Of a stretch of 64,000 bases of DNA, positions 45,164 to 54,603 are shown piece by piece. Every line of letters starts with the position of its first letter. Within the stretch, counting starts at the first letter, position 1. Source of the stretch: a virus; IMG/VR virus record IMGVR_UViG_3300030099_006646, positions 64,001 through 128,000 of that record; one strand, 5' to 3'. A program made the position numbers and the translations under genes. The notes under the pieces were generated by a model that saw only the letters and a program-made list of their open reading frames with translations, was not told the origin of the DNA and ran no database searches.

Positions 45164-45592
45164 AGTACAGTTGAAAAAGGTACAAAGATTAAAGTCCACT
45201 ATAAAGGGACTTTGGAAGATGGAACAGAATTTGATAACTCTAAAAATAGAGGCTCTACCCTTGACTTTGAGGTTGGAGCAGGTCTAATGATTAAGGGATT
45301 TGATGAAAATGTAGTTGGTATGGGCGAAGGTGAGGTTAGAACCTTTACTCTAGCACCAGAAGAAGCATATGGACCTATTCACGAAGAAGCTTTTCGTCTT
45401 TTCCCAAAAGATGTTTTTGGAGACAACGACATTGAAGTCGGTGGCTTTGTCGAAGGCAACAATGGACAGGGACAGCCAATGATGGCTCGCATCGCAGATA
45501 TTTCAGATGAAGGGATTCTTCTAGATCTAAATCATCCACTAGCAGGAAAAAATCTTACATTTGAAGTAGAACTTATTGAAATTGAAGCATAA
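45161..45592 (+). CDS. FKBP-type peptidyl-prolyl isomerase (SlyD/SlpA-like)
   Basis: VHYKGTLEDGTEFD, IKGFD, PEEAYG, LDLNHPLAGKNLTF; no His-rich tail. Confidence 0.92.
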   Translation: MSTVEKGTKIKVHYKGTLEDGTEFDNSKNRGSTLDFEVGAGLMIKGFDENVVGMGEGEVRTFTLAPEEAYGPIHEEAFRLFPKDVFGDNDIEVGGFVEGNNGQGQPMMARIADISDEGILLDLNHPLAGKNLTFEVELIEIEA

Positions 45593-45603
45593 AGGAGGTA
45601 TAA

Positions 45604-46698
45604 ATGTCAGTAGGTAAAATGTCGCCAGACGACATAAGAAGACTTTTAAATAAAACTGCTGGACAGCAAATCTCCCATAATCTTAATAAAGATAACCCTA
45701 CAAATGTAACAGAATGGATTCCAACTGGCTCACGCTGGTTGGATTCTATTGTTTGTAGAGGGAAACTTGCAGGCATTCCAGTAGGTAAAGTAACAGAGAT
45801 TGCTGGTCTAGAATCAACTGGTAAATCTTATATGGCTGCTCAGGTAGCAGCAAACGCTCAGAAGATGGGTATTCAGGTTGTTTACTTTGATTCTGAGTCT
45901 GCGCTTGATTCTACTTTCTTGGAAAGATCAGGCTGTAATGTAGACGATATTGTTTATACTCAAGCAGTCTCAGTAGAGAAGGTCTTGGAAATGATCGAGA
46001 TGCTTATGGTAAACAACGAACAAAAAATGTTGTTTATCTGGGATTCTCTGGCTCTTACTCCAACGGAAAAGACTATCGAAGGAGACTTTAATCCTCAGTC
46101 TTCTATGGCAGTAAAAGCAAGAGTTTTGTCGAAAGGAATGCAGAAACTTACAGTTCCTATTGCCAATACTCAAAGCACCATGCTTGTTCTTAATCAGCTT
46201 AAGACCAACATTACCAACAACATTGCGGAGACTTTGACTACTCCCTATGTAACACCAGGAGGCAAGACTCTTCCCTACACTTATTCGCTAAGGGTTTGGC
46301 TGACTTCTCGTAAAGCAAAGAATTCTTTTGTTACCGATAGCAAAGGCTTCAGGATTGGTTCAGAAGTCAAGTGTACGCTAAAGAAAAGCCGCTTTGGAAC
46401 TCAAGGTCGTCAATGTACATTCAAAATCTTGTGGGGCGAGAACATCGGCGTCCAAGATGAAGAAAGTTGGTTTGAAGCCGTCAAAGGAGCACCACAGATT
46501 GAATCTAAGGGTGCTTGGTATACTTTAACTTACAAAGACGGCAAGACTGAAAAGTTTCAAGCAGCTAAATGGATGGACAAACTTAAGAATGAAAAGTTTA
46601 AAAACCGCATCCTTGAAATTATGGATGAAGAGGTTATAATGAAGTTTGACACCAGAGAAGGCAATGCATCAGATTTTTACGAAATAGACGAAGAATAA
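45604..46698 (+). CDS. recA: RecA/UvsX recombinase
   Basis: IPTGS..LD, EIAGLESTGKS, FDSESALD, WDSLA, NQLK, TPGG. Confidence 0.92.
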   Translation: MSVGKMSPDDIRRLLNKTAGQQISHNLNKDNPTNVTEWIPTGSRWLDSIVCRGKLAGIPVGKVTEIAGLESTGKSYMAAQVAANAQKMGIQVVYFDSESALDSTFLERSGCNVDDIVYTQAVSVEKVLEMIEMLMVNNEQKMLFIWDSLALTPTEKTIEGDFNPQSSMAVKARVLSKGMQKLTVPIANTQSTMLVLNQLKTNITNNIAETLTTPYVTPGGKTLPYTYSLRVWLTSRKAKNSFVTDSKGFRIGSEVKCTLKKSRFGTQGRQCTFKILWGENIGVQDEESWFEAVKGAPQIESKGAWYTLTYKDGKTEKFQAAKWMDKLKNEKFKNRILEIMDEEVIMKFDTREGNASDFYEIDEE

Positions 46699-46699
46699 A

Positions 46700-46706
46700 C
46701 TATTTA
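46700..46706 (+). promoter_or_regulatory. putative late promoter element CTATTTA inside replication block
   Basis: AACTATTTATA 5 nt before ATG 46712. Confidence 0.55.
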
Positions 46707-46711
46707 TACTT

Positions 46712-47035
46712 ATGGATCATATCGTAGAAAAAGTGTATAGACGGATAGTAGAAGCAACCGAGGAAGATCTAATGAAGTTGGATGCTCAACTTATTATTAG
46801 CACCAACTATCAGATCTCCGACATTCTAACTACTATTCGTGCCTTCTCCGGGGTTGTTATTGTAACGCCAGGAGGAGATTCTAGAAAAATGGGAGAACTT
46901 AAAGAAAAGTCCTCTCTTAAGATGAAGATCTTACCTCCTGCTGATTTAAAATCGTATGTCGAGGCGCTAAGAGAGAAAATCAACTCTGTACCAGGAGTTC
47001 TTTCTTTCAAGATGCGCCCAGCACGCGACAAATAA
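46712..47035 (+). CDS. hypothetical protein (possible ferredoxin/ACT-like fold)
   Basis: IRAFSGVVIV and INSVPGVLSF repeated beta-alpha-beta pattern; no SD. Confidence 0.6.
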   Translation: MDHIVEKVYRRIVEATEEDLMKLDAQLIISTNYQISDILTTIRAFSGVVIVTPGGDSRKMGELKEKSSLKMKILPPADLKSYVEALREKINSVPGVLSFKMRPARDK

Positions 47036-47047
47036 AAAGAGGTAAAA

Positions 47048-48031
47048 ATGTCTGATAAACGAGTGATTGTTCTCGACATGAACAATTTGTTTCTGCGGTC
47101 GTATATTATGGACCCAACCATATCTCTCAATGGACCTCCGATTGGAGGCATAAGAGGTTTTTTTCGTTCCCTTCAAAAGATTTGTAGAGAGTTAAACCCA
47201 ACAAAGATTGTTGCTTGTTGGGATGGTGAAGGTGGTTCCCAAAAACGTCGCAAGATAACGAAAGAATATAAAGAAGGTCGCAAGCCTTTAAAGCTTAATA
47301 GGTCTGTCCAAGCTTTGACCCCAAACCAAGTCCAGCAAAATCAAGTATGGCAAAACATGCGGGTAATGGAGTACATGAACGAGACACCCATTATTCAACT
47401 TGGTTTCCCAGGAGTAGAAGCTGATGATGTTATATCAAAGGTAGTTCAGTCTACCAACCTTGAAGACTATAAAAAGATTATTGTGTCGGCTGATAAAGAC
47501 TTTTGGCAACTTATTACAGACGACACGATTGTTTATCGCCCTATTGGCTCAGAAACCATAACAAAAGAAATTGTTTTAGAAAAAGAAAACATTCATCCTA
47601 CTAATTTTGTTTTGGCTAGATCTATCGCGGGTGACAAAAGCGACAACTTAGATGGAATCCCAGGAGCAGGATTAAAGACCATTGCTAAAAGATTTCCATT
47701 TCTAAAAGAAGAAAAAGAATACTCAATCAGCGACTTATTAGAATATTCTGACAAAATGTTGAATGAGACAAAACTGAAGTTCTATCCCTCTGTTATAGAG
47801 GGTCGCCAAGTTATTCTGCGAAACTATAAAATGATGCAACTTAAAACCCCCATGTTAAGTGCTCAAGCAGCGATAGCAGTTAGGCGCACTCTTGCAGAAT
47901 CAGAATACAAGTTTAATAGAACTGCATTTAGGGCGCATATGATGAAAGACGGATTTGACATGGAGAGAAATAATTTCTCTGAACTCTTTGCTTTCTTCAA
48001 TAATATATGCCTTGAAAATCGCTCTAAATGA
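47048..48031 (+). CDS. 5'-3' exonuclease/FEN (Pol I N-terminal / T4 RNase H-like)
   Basis: VLDMNNL, CWDG, YKEGR, VEADDVI, SADKDFWQL, GDKSDNLDGIPGAGLKT. Confidence 0.92.
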   Translation: MSDKRVIVLDMNNLFLRSYIMDPTISLNGPPIGGIRGFFRSLQKICRELNPTKIVACWDGEGGSQKRRKITKEYKEGRKPLKLNRSVQALTPNQVQQNQVWQNMRVMEYMNETPIIQLGFPGVEADDVISKVVQSTNLEDYKKIIVSADKDFWQLITDDTIVYRPIGSETITKEIVLEKENIHPTNFVLARSIAGDKSDNLDGIPGAGLKTIAKRFPFLKEEKEYSISDLLEYSDKMLNETKLKFYPSVIEGRQVILRNYKMMQLKTPMLSAQAAIAVRRTLAESEYKFNRTAFRAHMMKDGFDMERNNFSELFAFFNNICLENRSK

Positions 48032-48040
48032 GCTTATAAT
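48012..48040 (+). promoter_or_regulatory. sigma70-like promoter
   Basis: TTGAAA-N17-TATAAT upstream of helicase. Confidence 0.7.
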
Positions 48041-48063
48041 ATACCTTACAAAAGGAAAGCAAT

Positions 48064-49419
48064 ATGAAAGAAGATGTAACCTTTTCCAACTATGGAAAAG
48101 CATTCCAAGAAACCCTGTCGCAGTTAATATTTGAAGACCGTGCTTTTTCCGAGCAAATGGAAGAGGTTCTCGATATTAACTTTTTTGAGTTAAAATATTT
48201 ACAAGAATTTGTTCGTCTAGTGTTTGGATACCGCCACAAGTATGGAGTCCATCCGTCAGAAGACATAATGTCTTCCATACTCAGAACTGAGATTGATGAA
48301 GAAAGTGATTTAATCAAAAAACAACTGAGAGATTATTTTGCTCGCTCTATTGCCACAAAAGTCAAAGATGTTGATTATATTAAAGAAACTGCCCTTGACT
48401 TTTGTAAAAAGCAAAAGCTCAAAGAGGCGATGATTAAATCAGTAGCCTTACTCCAGCGCTCTTCTTTTGGCGAGATTAAGACCATTATCGATGAAGCTTT
48501 AAAACTAGGGACCGATAACAAATTTGGTCATGACTATAAAAAAGATTTTGAGTTTAGATATATTGATCGCCCAAGACACCCAGTATCCACTGGCTGGATT
48601 GAAATGGATAAGATTACCAAAGGCGGTCTCGGAAAAGGCGAACTTGGCGTAGGTATTGCCGCTACAGGAGCAGGAAAGTCTATGGCTCTTGTTCATCTAG
48701 GAGCAGCAGCACTCAAAGCAGGTAAAAACGTTGTTCATTACACGCTAGAGCTTACAGAACCTGTAGTTGGTCTGAGATATGACAGTTGTTTAAGCGGTGT
48801 TCCTATCGGAGATCTAAAAGCATACAAAGACCATGTGTTTGAAACTTGCTCTGATGTGGAAGGAAATCTTATTATTAAAGAATACCCAACAAAGACAGCC
48901 TCAACCAATACAATCCGCGCTCACTTGGACAAACTTAAGAAAAGAAATCATCAAATTGACTTGATAATCGTCGATTACGGTGACCTTCTTAAGCCTGTTT
49001 CAAACTTTAAAGAAAAAAGAAATGAACTAGAGTCTATTTACGAAGAACTGCGAGGAATCGCCCAAGAACAAGAGTGTCCTTTATGGACAGTCTCACAAAC
49101 TAATAGGTCGGGATTGAACACAGAAGTAATCACAATGGAATCCATTTCAGAAGCATTTAGCAAGTGCTTTGTAGCAGATTTTATCTTCTCTCTTTCCCGT
49201 ACAATCAAGCATAAAAATGAAAATACAGGGCGAGTTTTTATTGCCAAGAACAGAAATGGTCCAGACGGTTTAGTTTATCCAATCTTTATGGATACATCTA
49301 ATGTAAGAATAAATGTTCTTCCTCAAGACCATGAAACAATCGAAAGCTTAAATCAAAAATCCTTACAGGACGAGAAGAATAACTTAAAAGAGAAGTATAA
49401 GAATTTTAGAAAAAAATAA
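48064..49419 (+). CDS. replicative helicase (DnaB/T4 gp41-like)
   Basis: GGLGKGEL, ATGAGKS, YTLEL, IKEYPT, IIVDYGDL, SQTNR, KNRNG. Confidence 0.92.
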   Translation: MKEDVTFSNYGKAFQETLSQLIFEDRAFSEQMEEVLDINFFELKYLQEFVRLVFGYRHKYGVHPSEDIMSSILRTEIDEESDLIKKQLRDYFARSIATKVKDVDYIKETALDFCKKQKLKEAMIKSVALLQRSSFGEIKTIIDEALKLGTDNKFGHDYKKDFEFRYIDRPRHPVSTGWIEMDKITKGGLGKGELGVGIAATGAGKSMALVHLGAAALKAGKNVVHYTLELTEPVVGLRYDSCLSGVPIGDLKAYKDHVFETCSDVEGNLIIKEYPTKTASTNTIRAHLDKLKKRNHQIDLIIVDYGDLLKPVSNFKEKRNELESIYEELRGIAQEQECPLWTVSQTNRSGLNTEVITMESISEAFSKCFVADFIFSLSRTIKHKNENTGRVFIAKNRNGPDGLVYPIFMDTSNVRINVLPQDHETIESLNQKSLQDEKNNLKEKYKNFRKK

Positions 49420-49430
49420 AGGATTTAACA

Positions 49431-51287
49431 ATGGACATAACTAAACAGATTTTATCAGATATCACAGTGCATATGAAGTATGCGCGTTATTTGCCCAAGA
49501 AAGAAAGAAGAGAAACTTGGAAAGAACTTGTTACCAGAAACAAGAAGATGCACTTAAAAAAATATCCTGATTTGAAGGAAGAAATAAATCGGGCGTATAA
49601 ATACGTCTATGATAAAAAAGTTCTCCCTTCTATGCGCTCTATGCAATTTGGCGGTAAACCCATTGAGGTTGCTCCTAACCGTATTTATAATTGTTGTTTT
49701 TTGCCTATTGACGATTGGCGTTCTTTTTCAGAGACTATGTTTCTACTTCTTGGGGGAACAGGAGTGGGATACTCCGTTCAAAAGCACCATGTTGAGAAAC
49801 TACCAGAAATTCAAAAGCCTAATTCGAAAAGAACCCGACGATTCTTAATCGCAGATTCTATTGAAGGATGGGCTGATTCTGTTAAAGCTCTTATGCGAAC
49901 TTACTTTCAAGGCGGATCAAAACTACGCTTTGATTTCTCTGATATTCGCCCTAAAGGCTCTCGCCTTCTTACATCAGGCGGAAAGGCTCCAGGAGCACAG
50001 CCTCTTAAAGAGTGTCTTTTGAAAGTAGAAGGTATTTTAAGTGAGAAAGAAGATGGCGAGCAGCTTTCAACGATTGAAGTCCATGATATTGTTTGTCATA
50101 TTGCTGACGCTGTACTTGCCGGCGGCATTCGTCGCGCTGCTCTTATCTCACTTTTTAGTGCCGATGATGATGAAATGCTCGCCGCCAAAACAGGTAATTG
50201 GTGGGAAAAGAACCCACAAAGAGGACGAGCAAACAACTCTGTTGTCTTAATGAGGCACAGGATAACAAAAGATTATTTTATTGACCTATGGAACCGCGTA
50301 AAAGCGTCTGGCGCAGGAGAACCAGGGTTTTATTTCACCAATGATAAAGACTGGGGAACTAACCCTTGCTGTGAAATCGCTCTCCGCCCTTATCAGTTCT
50401 GCAACCTTTGCGAAGTAAACGTCAGCGACATTGAAACCCAAGAAGAATATGAAGCCAGAGTGACCGCAGCGGCATTTATTGGCACCCTACAGGCAGGCTA
50501 CACCGACTTCCATTACTTGCGTGACGTTTGGCGTAGAAATACCGAGAAGGACGCATTAATTGGCGTTTCCATGACTGGCATCGCCTCGGGTAAAGTTTTA
50601 GAACTTGATATGAAAAAAGCAGCCCAGGCAGTAAAAAAAGAAAATAAAAGAGTTGCTGCTCTTATAGGCATCAAGCCAGCAAATCGCACCACCTGCGTAA
50701 AACCTGCTGGAACCACGTCGCTTACATTGGGCACATCCAGCGGTATTCACGCTTGGCACAACGATTTCTACATTAGACGCCTTAGAGTTGGAAAGAATGA
50801 GCCAATTTATACTTATCTTACGATAAACCATGAAAACTTAATTGAAGATGAGTATTTCAGACCTCACGATACAGCGGTCATATCAATCCCTCAGAAAGCC
50901 CCAGAAAGCGCTATTACACGCACTGAGAGCGCTCTTCAGCTCTTACGAAGGGTAAAGGGCGTAAGCGAGGAGTGGGTTCGAAATGGACACGTTAGAGGGC
51001 AGAATACGCACAATGTCTCTGCCACCATCTCTATCAAAGAAGCAGAGTGGATTGATGTAGGTGAGTGGATGTGGGAGAATAGAACCTCCTATAATGGTTT
51101 ATCAGTCCTTCCTCATGATGGAGGAACTTATGTTCAAGCACCATTTGAAGATTGCTCTAAGGAGCGATATGAAGCACTTTTGGAAGATTTAAAAAATATT
51201 GACTTAACAAAAGTGGTCGAAATGGAGGATAATACTGATCTCAAAGGCGAACAAGCATGTTCCGCTGGCGGCTGTGAAGTTATTTAA
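49431..51287 (+). CDS. nrdJ: class II (adenosylcobalamin-dependent) ribonucleotide reductase
   Basis: GTGVGYS, GGIRRAALI, TNPCCEI, VKPAGTTS, C-terminal ACSAGGCE; no small-subunit gene nearby. Confidence 0.88.
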   Translation: MDITKQILSDITVHMKYARYLPKKERRETWKELVTRNKKMHLKKYPDLKEEINRAYKYVYDKKVLPSMRSMQFGGKPIEVAPNRIYNCCFLPIDDWRSFSETMFLLLGGTGVGYSVQKHHVEKLPEIQKPNSKRTRRFLIADSIEGWADSVKALMRTYFQGGSKLRFDFSDIRPKGSRLLTSGGKAPGAQPLKECLLKVEGILSEKEDGEQLSTIEVHDIVCHIADAVLAGGIRRAALISLFSADDDEMLAAKTGNWWEKNPQRGRANNSVVLMRHRITKDYFIDLWNRVKASGAGEPGFYFTNDKDWGTNPCCEIALRPYQFCNLCEVNVSDIETQEEYEARVTAAAFIGTLQAGYTDFHYLRDVWRRNTEKDALIGVSMTGIASGKVLELDMKKAAQAVKKENKRVAALIGIKPANRTTCVKPAGTTSLTLGTSSGIHAWHNDFYIRRLRVGKNEPIYTYLTINHENLIEDEYFRPHDTAVISIPQKAPESAITRTESALQLLRRVKGVSEEWVRNGHVRGQNTHNVSATISIKEAEWIDVGEWMWENRTSYNGLSVLPHDGGTYVQAPFEDCSKERYEALLEDLKNIDLTKVVEMEDNTDLKGEQACSAGGCEVI

Positions 51288-51290
51288 CAC

Positions 51291-51318
51291 TTGAACTATT
51301 AAAAACAGTGCTTATATT
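51291..51318 (+). promoter_or_regulatory. sigma70-like promoter
   Basis: TTGAAC-N16-TATATT. Confidence 0.55.
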
Positions 51319-51347
51319 AAAGGTATCAAATTAAACAGGAGAGACTA

Positions 51348-51602
51348 ATGTCCGATCAAGATAAAACAAAAGAAGAATATGTAGTTGATTTCATCAAGGC
51401 ATTCGACGAGAATGAACGAGCGATGGAACCTTTCAAAGAGCACCGACGAGATCTTCGCAAGAACTATGTCGAGAACGGCTGGCTGTCGAAAGATGAAATG
51501 AAACAAGCTGTTCGTGCTTACCGAATGCTTCAAAAAGATGAAGACTTCAATACACTACAGGATATCTATGACCGTCTTAGGAAGACCTTGGGGGTATTCT
51601 AA
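51348..51602 (+). CDS. small helical DNA-binding-like protein (T4 DsbA/GapR-like)
   Basis: 84 aa coiled-coil pattern; weak resemblance only. Confidence 0.5.
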   Translation: MSDQDKTKEEYVVDFIKAFDENERAMEPFKEHRRDLRKNYVENGWLSKDEMKQAVRAYRMLQKDEDFNTLQDIYDRLRKTLGVF

Positions 51603-51865
51603 TGAAGCCTTTCAACAGACACTTGTTGATTCAGCCTATAGCGAAGGAGACAGAACAAGAAAGCTTTGTGCTAGTTCCAGATAACTATAAGCCAGTTTCA
51701 CCATATATCAGTGCAAAAGTTCTAGATTTTGCCGATGATTGCAAATTAAATGTAAAAAAAGACCAAACAATCATCATTGACAATTCTATGGTTCAACAAG
51801 TTGAAATCAATAGAGAAACAAAGTTTCTTATTCTTGAAAACTATGTTATGGGAGCGCTCGATTAA
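51602..51865 (+). CDS. GroES-like co-chaperonin
   Basis: MKPFNRHLLIQP, VLVPD, VKKDQTII, ILENYVMG. Confidence 0.7.
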   Translation: MKPFNRHLLIQPIAKETEQESFVLVPDNYKPVSPYISAKVLDFADDCKLNVKKDQTIIIDNSMVQQVEINRETKFLILENYVMGALD

Positions 51866-51919
51866 GCTCAAAACGGGATTTTCCTCAAGGAATATTCTAG
51901 TTATGAGTATAATATTCTT

Positions 51920-52510
51920 ATGAATGCTTTACTTACAGCGCTGATTTCTTCAGCAATAATGGGGGGTTATCCTCAAGATAACAATATCCCACAAGATATT
52001 TATGATGATTATGCTAGCATCGTAGACCAGGCAACTTATAAGTGCCCTTACGCTAAACCTGAAAAGGTTAACGTAAAATTATTATGGGATCTAGTCAAGA
52101 TTGAAGCAAAACATAATCCACCTCCCGAGCTACAAGGTATGCTTTTGGCTGCTGCTTGTCACGAATCAGGGTACAACCCTAAAGCTCTTGGCGACTACAC
52201 CAAGAAGACTCGCTATCCTCGTGCCCAAGGAATACTACAGCAGTGGGTTTGGGTTAAGAAATACGGCGTTGACCGCTTCAATCCCCACCAAGCTGCTGAG
52301 TTTTGGATGAAGCATGTTGTAAGACAATTGAAGAAAGTGAAGAAACAATGTCGCTTTCGTTCACAAAAGAAACTATGGATAGCGGCTTGGGTTACCTCTA
52401 TTAGGTATCCTAAACCTTCGGGACGATGCTACGAAAGACCCTTACATTTAAGGATTTTAAAGAAATGGCAAAGGAATATAAAGAGGAAGACGAAACTCAC
52501 CGGCTGCTAA
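51920..52510 (+). CDS. SLT-family lytic transglycosylase (putative endolysin)
   Basis: LLAAACHESGYNPKALGD, AQGILQ; hydrophobic N-terminus; CTAGTTA variant at 51897. Confidence 0.7.
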   Translation: MNALLTALISSAIMGGYPQDNNIPQDIYDDYASIVDQATYKCPYAKPEKVNVKLLWDLVKIEAKHNPPPELQGMLLAAACHESGYNPKALGDYTKKTRYPRAQGILQQWVWVKKYGVDRFNPHQAAEFWMKHVVRQLKKVKKQCRFRSQKKLWIAAWVTSIRYPKPSGRCYERPLHLRILKKWQRNIKRKTKLTGC

Positions 52511-53325
52511 AAAATCACCTCTTCCATTGGAAAGAGATAGTTATAGGAGGCAACTTAAATGCTCACATCTACGCAAATGAAAAAAGTTCTTATATCATCA
52601 ATAATACTCTGGACAGCGTTTTTACTTTCGACGCCACCAGCTTTGGTTATGATCTGGGGATAGGCGAACCCTTTCCCGAGGGTTCCAAGAAGATTGATTT
52701 GTTTGATGCGTTAGCGTATAAGCTATCCTTCCAGGGATTAAACCCGTTCGCTGATAAAGTTTCTTCTATTCGCTTAGAAGAAAACAATACGCTTAAGATA
52801 GCAACCAAGAATGCTCGCGTCTTTCGCGTATCATACGATAAACTACGCATCTTTGACACAACAAATGTCCATGATTTACCCTTTGAGGCAGAAAAAGTCA
52901 CAAAGGGTTTTCGTGTTTATGATTGGTTTGATGTAAATAAAGGCGCTCAACACGATGTGGATTTGATTGAAGATGATAATTCCAGCTTGGTTAGAAAAAT
53001 AACATTCTATCCAAACGAAAGAGACCCAGGAAACAATAATAATAAAGATCTTGTGGCTGAATCTTTTCTTACAGAAGAACAACTCTACGACCCTGAATAT
53101 TCTGACACATATGCCCGTTTAAAAGTTCTTTCAATGATGAAGCAAAGCGGCATAAAAGGTCCCTTAAATGGAACAGACAGAAATGGTAAAGTAGTATACA
53201 GACCTTTAAAGATCGAACTTAATAGAAGAGAAATTATTCCAGTCACAGAAATAAAAAGCATGGAATGTGGAGATATTGTAGTTGACGGTAGAAGTACAGA
53301 AGAGATCCTCGAATCAGGGACCTAA
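52465..53325 (+). CDS. hypothetical protein with degenerate Rossmann-like N-terminus
   Basis: ATG 52465 with SD AAGGA; IVIGGNLNA. Confidence 0.55.
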   Translation: MAKEYKEEDETHRLLKNHLFHWKEIVIGGNLNAHIYANEKSSYIINNTLDSVFTFDATSFGYDLGIGEPFPEGSKKIDLFDALAYKLSFQGLNPFADKVSSIRLEENNTLKIATKNARVFRVSYDKLRIFDTTNVHDLPFEAEKVTKGFRVYDWFDVNKGAQHDVDLIEDDNSSLVRKITFYPNERDPGNNNNKDLVAESFLTEEQLYDPEYSDTYARLKVLSMMKQSGIKGPLNGTDRNGKVVYRPLKIELNRREIIPVTEIKSMECGDIVVDGRSTEEILESGT

Positions 53326-54136
53326 CTTCCATTTAGCGGGAGTTATCCCGGCTTCACATCCACCGCTTGATTTCAATATGCCTTGGTCGGATGTTATGAT
53401 GCCCATAGCCCCTAACTATTTAGCCGTAGAACGATCCGTAATGGAATGTGCGTATGCTGGGTGCGAAACAATATGGATTGTTTGTAGCGACGACATAGAG
53501 CCTCTTATAAGGAAGCGGCTTGGAGATTACGTCCAAGATCCTGTTATGCTTTATCGCCATTTTGATGACTTTCTCTACGACAAAACCCTTCGTCAAAAGC
53601 CTATTCCTATCTATTATGTCCCTATTTCTGTCCATGATAGAAATCATAAAGACTCAATGGGCTGGGCTTCCCTCCACGGGGCTTTTACCTGTCATAAAAT
53701 CACAAGAAACATTAGTCGCTGGTTAAAGCCAGACATGTTTTATTTCGCTTTTCCCTTTGGAATCTATAACATAGGATTTTTGCGAGAACACAGAAGATTA
53801 ATTTCTTCAAAAAAGAACTTTTTTTTGGAGTTTGAGGGTGAGACTGTACTAAATAATAAGCCTTGGGCGTTTACCTTGTCCTGGGAGCAGGTAAAAGAAG
53901 TAAGACATCAATGTCTCTCGAATATTCCTTCTATCAGGGATGCTTCCTTGGAACAAATCTTTGGATATTTGGAACTTGGTGATTATAATAAAGCAGACAT
54001 TCCCGAGGCACAAGAAATAAAAGATTGGGAATCATATTGCGATGTTATAAATGGTGTCGCTAAAAAAATCAAAAGACCAAGTGAAAGACTACTTAAATAT
54101 AGAGAATTTGAGGGCATACCGAAATCAGAAGACTAA
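53282..54136 (+). CDS. nucleotidyltransferase-like (NTP_transferase fold) protein
   Basis: LAGVIPA, MMPIAPNYLAVERSV.ECAYAGCETIWIV; TTG start with SD GGAG. Confidence 0.6.
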   Translation: MTVEVQKRSSNQGPNFHLAGVIPASHPPLDFNMPWSDVMMPIAPNYLAVERSVMECAYAGCETIWIVCSDDIEPLIRKRLGDYVQDPVMLYRHFDDFLYDKTLRQKPIPIYYVPISVHDRNHKDSMGWASLHGAFTCHKITRNISRWLKPDMFYFAFPFGIYNIGFLREHRRLISSKKNFFLEFEGETVLNNKPWAFTLSWEQVKEVRHQCLSNIPSIRDASLEQIFGYLELGDYNKADIPEAQEIKDWESYCDVINGVAKKIKRPSERLLKYREFEGIPKSED

Positions 54137-54163
54137 TTAGTGTGTCCTCGGGAGGATAATAAA

Positions 54164-54265
54164 ATGAAGAAGTTTCTACGCAGACTAAGAAATCTATTTA
54201 GCGAGTACTGCTGTCACTGTTGCGAGAAAGCTTGCAAGGCAGGAGAAAAGCGCGCTTGCTGCTAA
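54164..54265 (+). CDS. 33-aa Cys-rich micropeptide (metallothionein-like)
   Basis: SD GGAGG; MKKFLRRLRNLFSEYCCHCCEKACKAGEKRACC; not in ORF track. Confidence 0.65.
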   Translation: MKKFLRRLRNLFSEYCCHCCEKACKAGEKRACC

Positions 54266-54276
54266 AAGGAAGTAAA

Positions 54277-54603
54277 ATGAAAATCACAAAATCTAGACTT
54301 AAAGAAATCATTAAAGAAGAAGTTGAGAAAGTTCTCAAAGAAGGCTTGGAAGATTCTGAAGCAGGCTCTCGCCACTACCAGAATGTAAAAAGAAAAGAAC
54401 GCATACTTAAAAAAGCTATTAAAGATGGGTTGACTTTTGATCAAGTCCAAGACAAATACACAGAGTTCTATGATTTAGATCCAGAATACTATAAACATTT
54501 AAAAACAGAGAAGCCAGACGAAGCGCTTGAAGAAGAAGTAGACGAGACAATGGACTCGGGATACTTACCAGAACCTAAAAATAAAAAAGATGAAGATAAG
54601 TAA
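54277..54603 (+). CDS. protein with MKITK..LKEIIKEE leader (putative internal head protein)
   Basis: ATG 54277 with SD AAGGA; leader near-identical to 1745. Confidence 0.7.
   Translation: MKITKSRLKEIIKEEVEKVLKEGLEDSEAGSRHYQNVKRKERILKKAIKDGLTFDQVQDKYTEFYDLDPEYYKHLKTEKPDEALEEEVDETMDSGYLPEPKNKKDEDK

Noticed and set aside
54220-54276. Upstream extension of the 127-aa ORF (similarly 5796, 6230, 11545, 25586, 52426)
   Set aside because: Overlaps other genes; downstream ATGs have an SD or translational coupling
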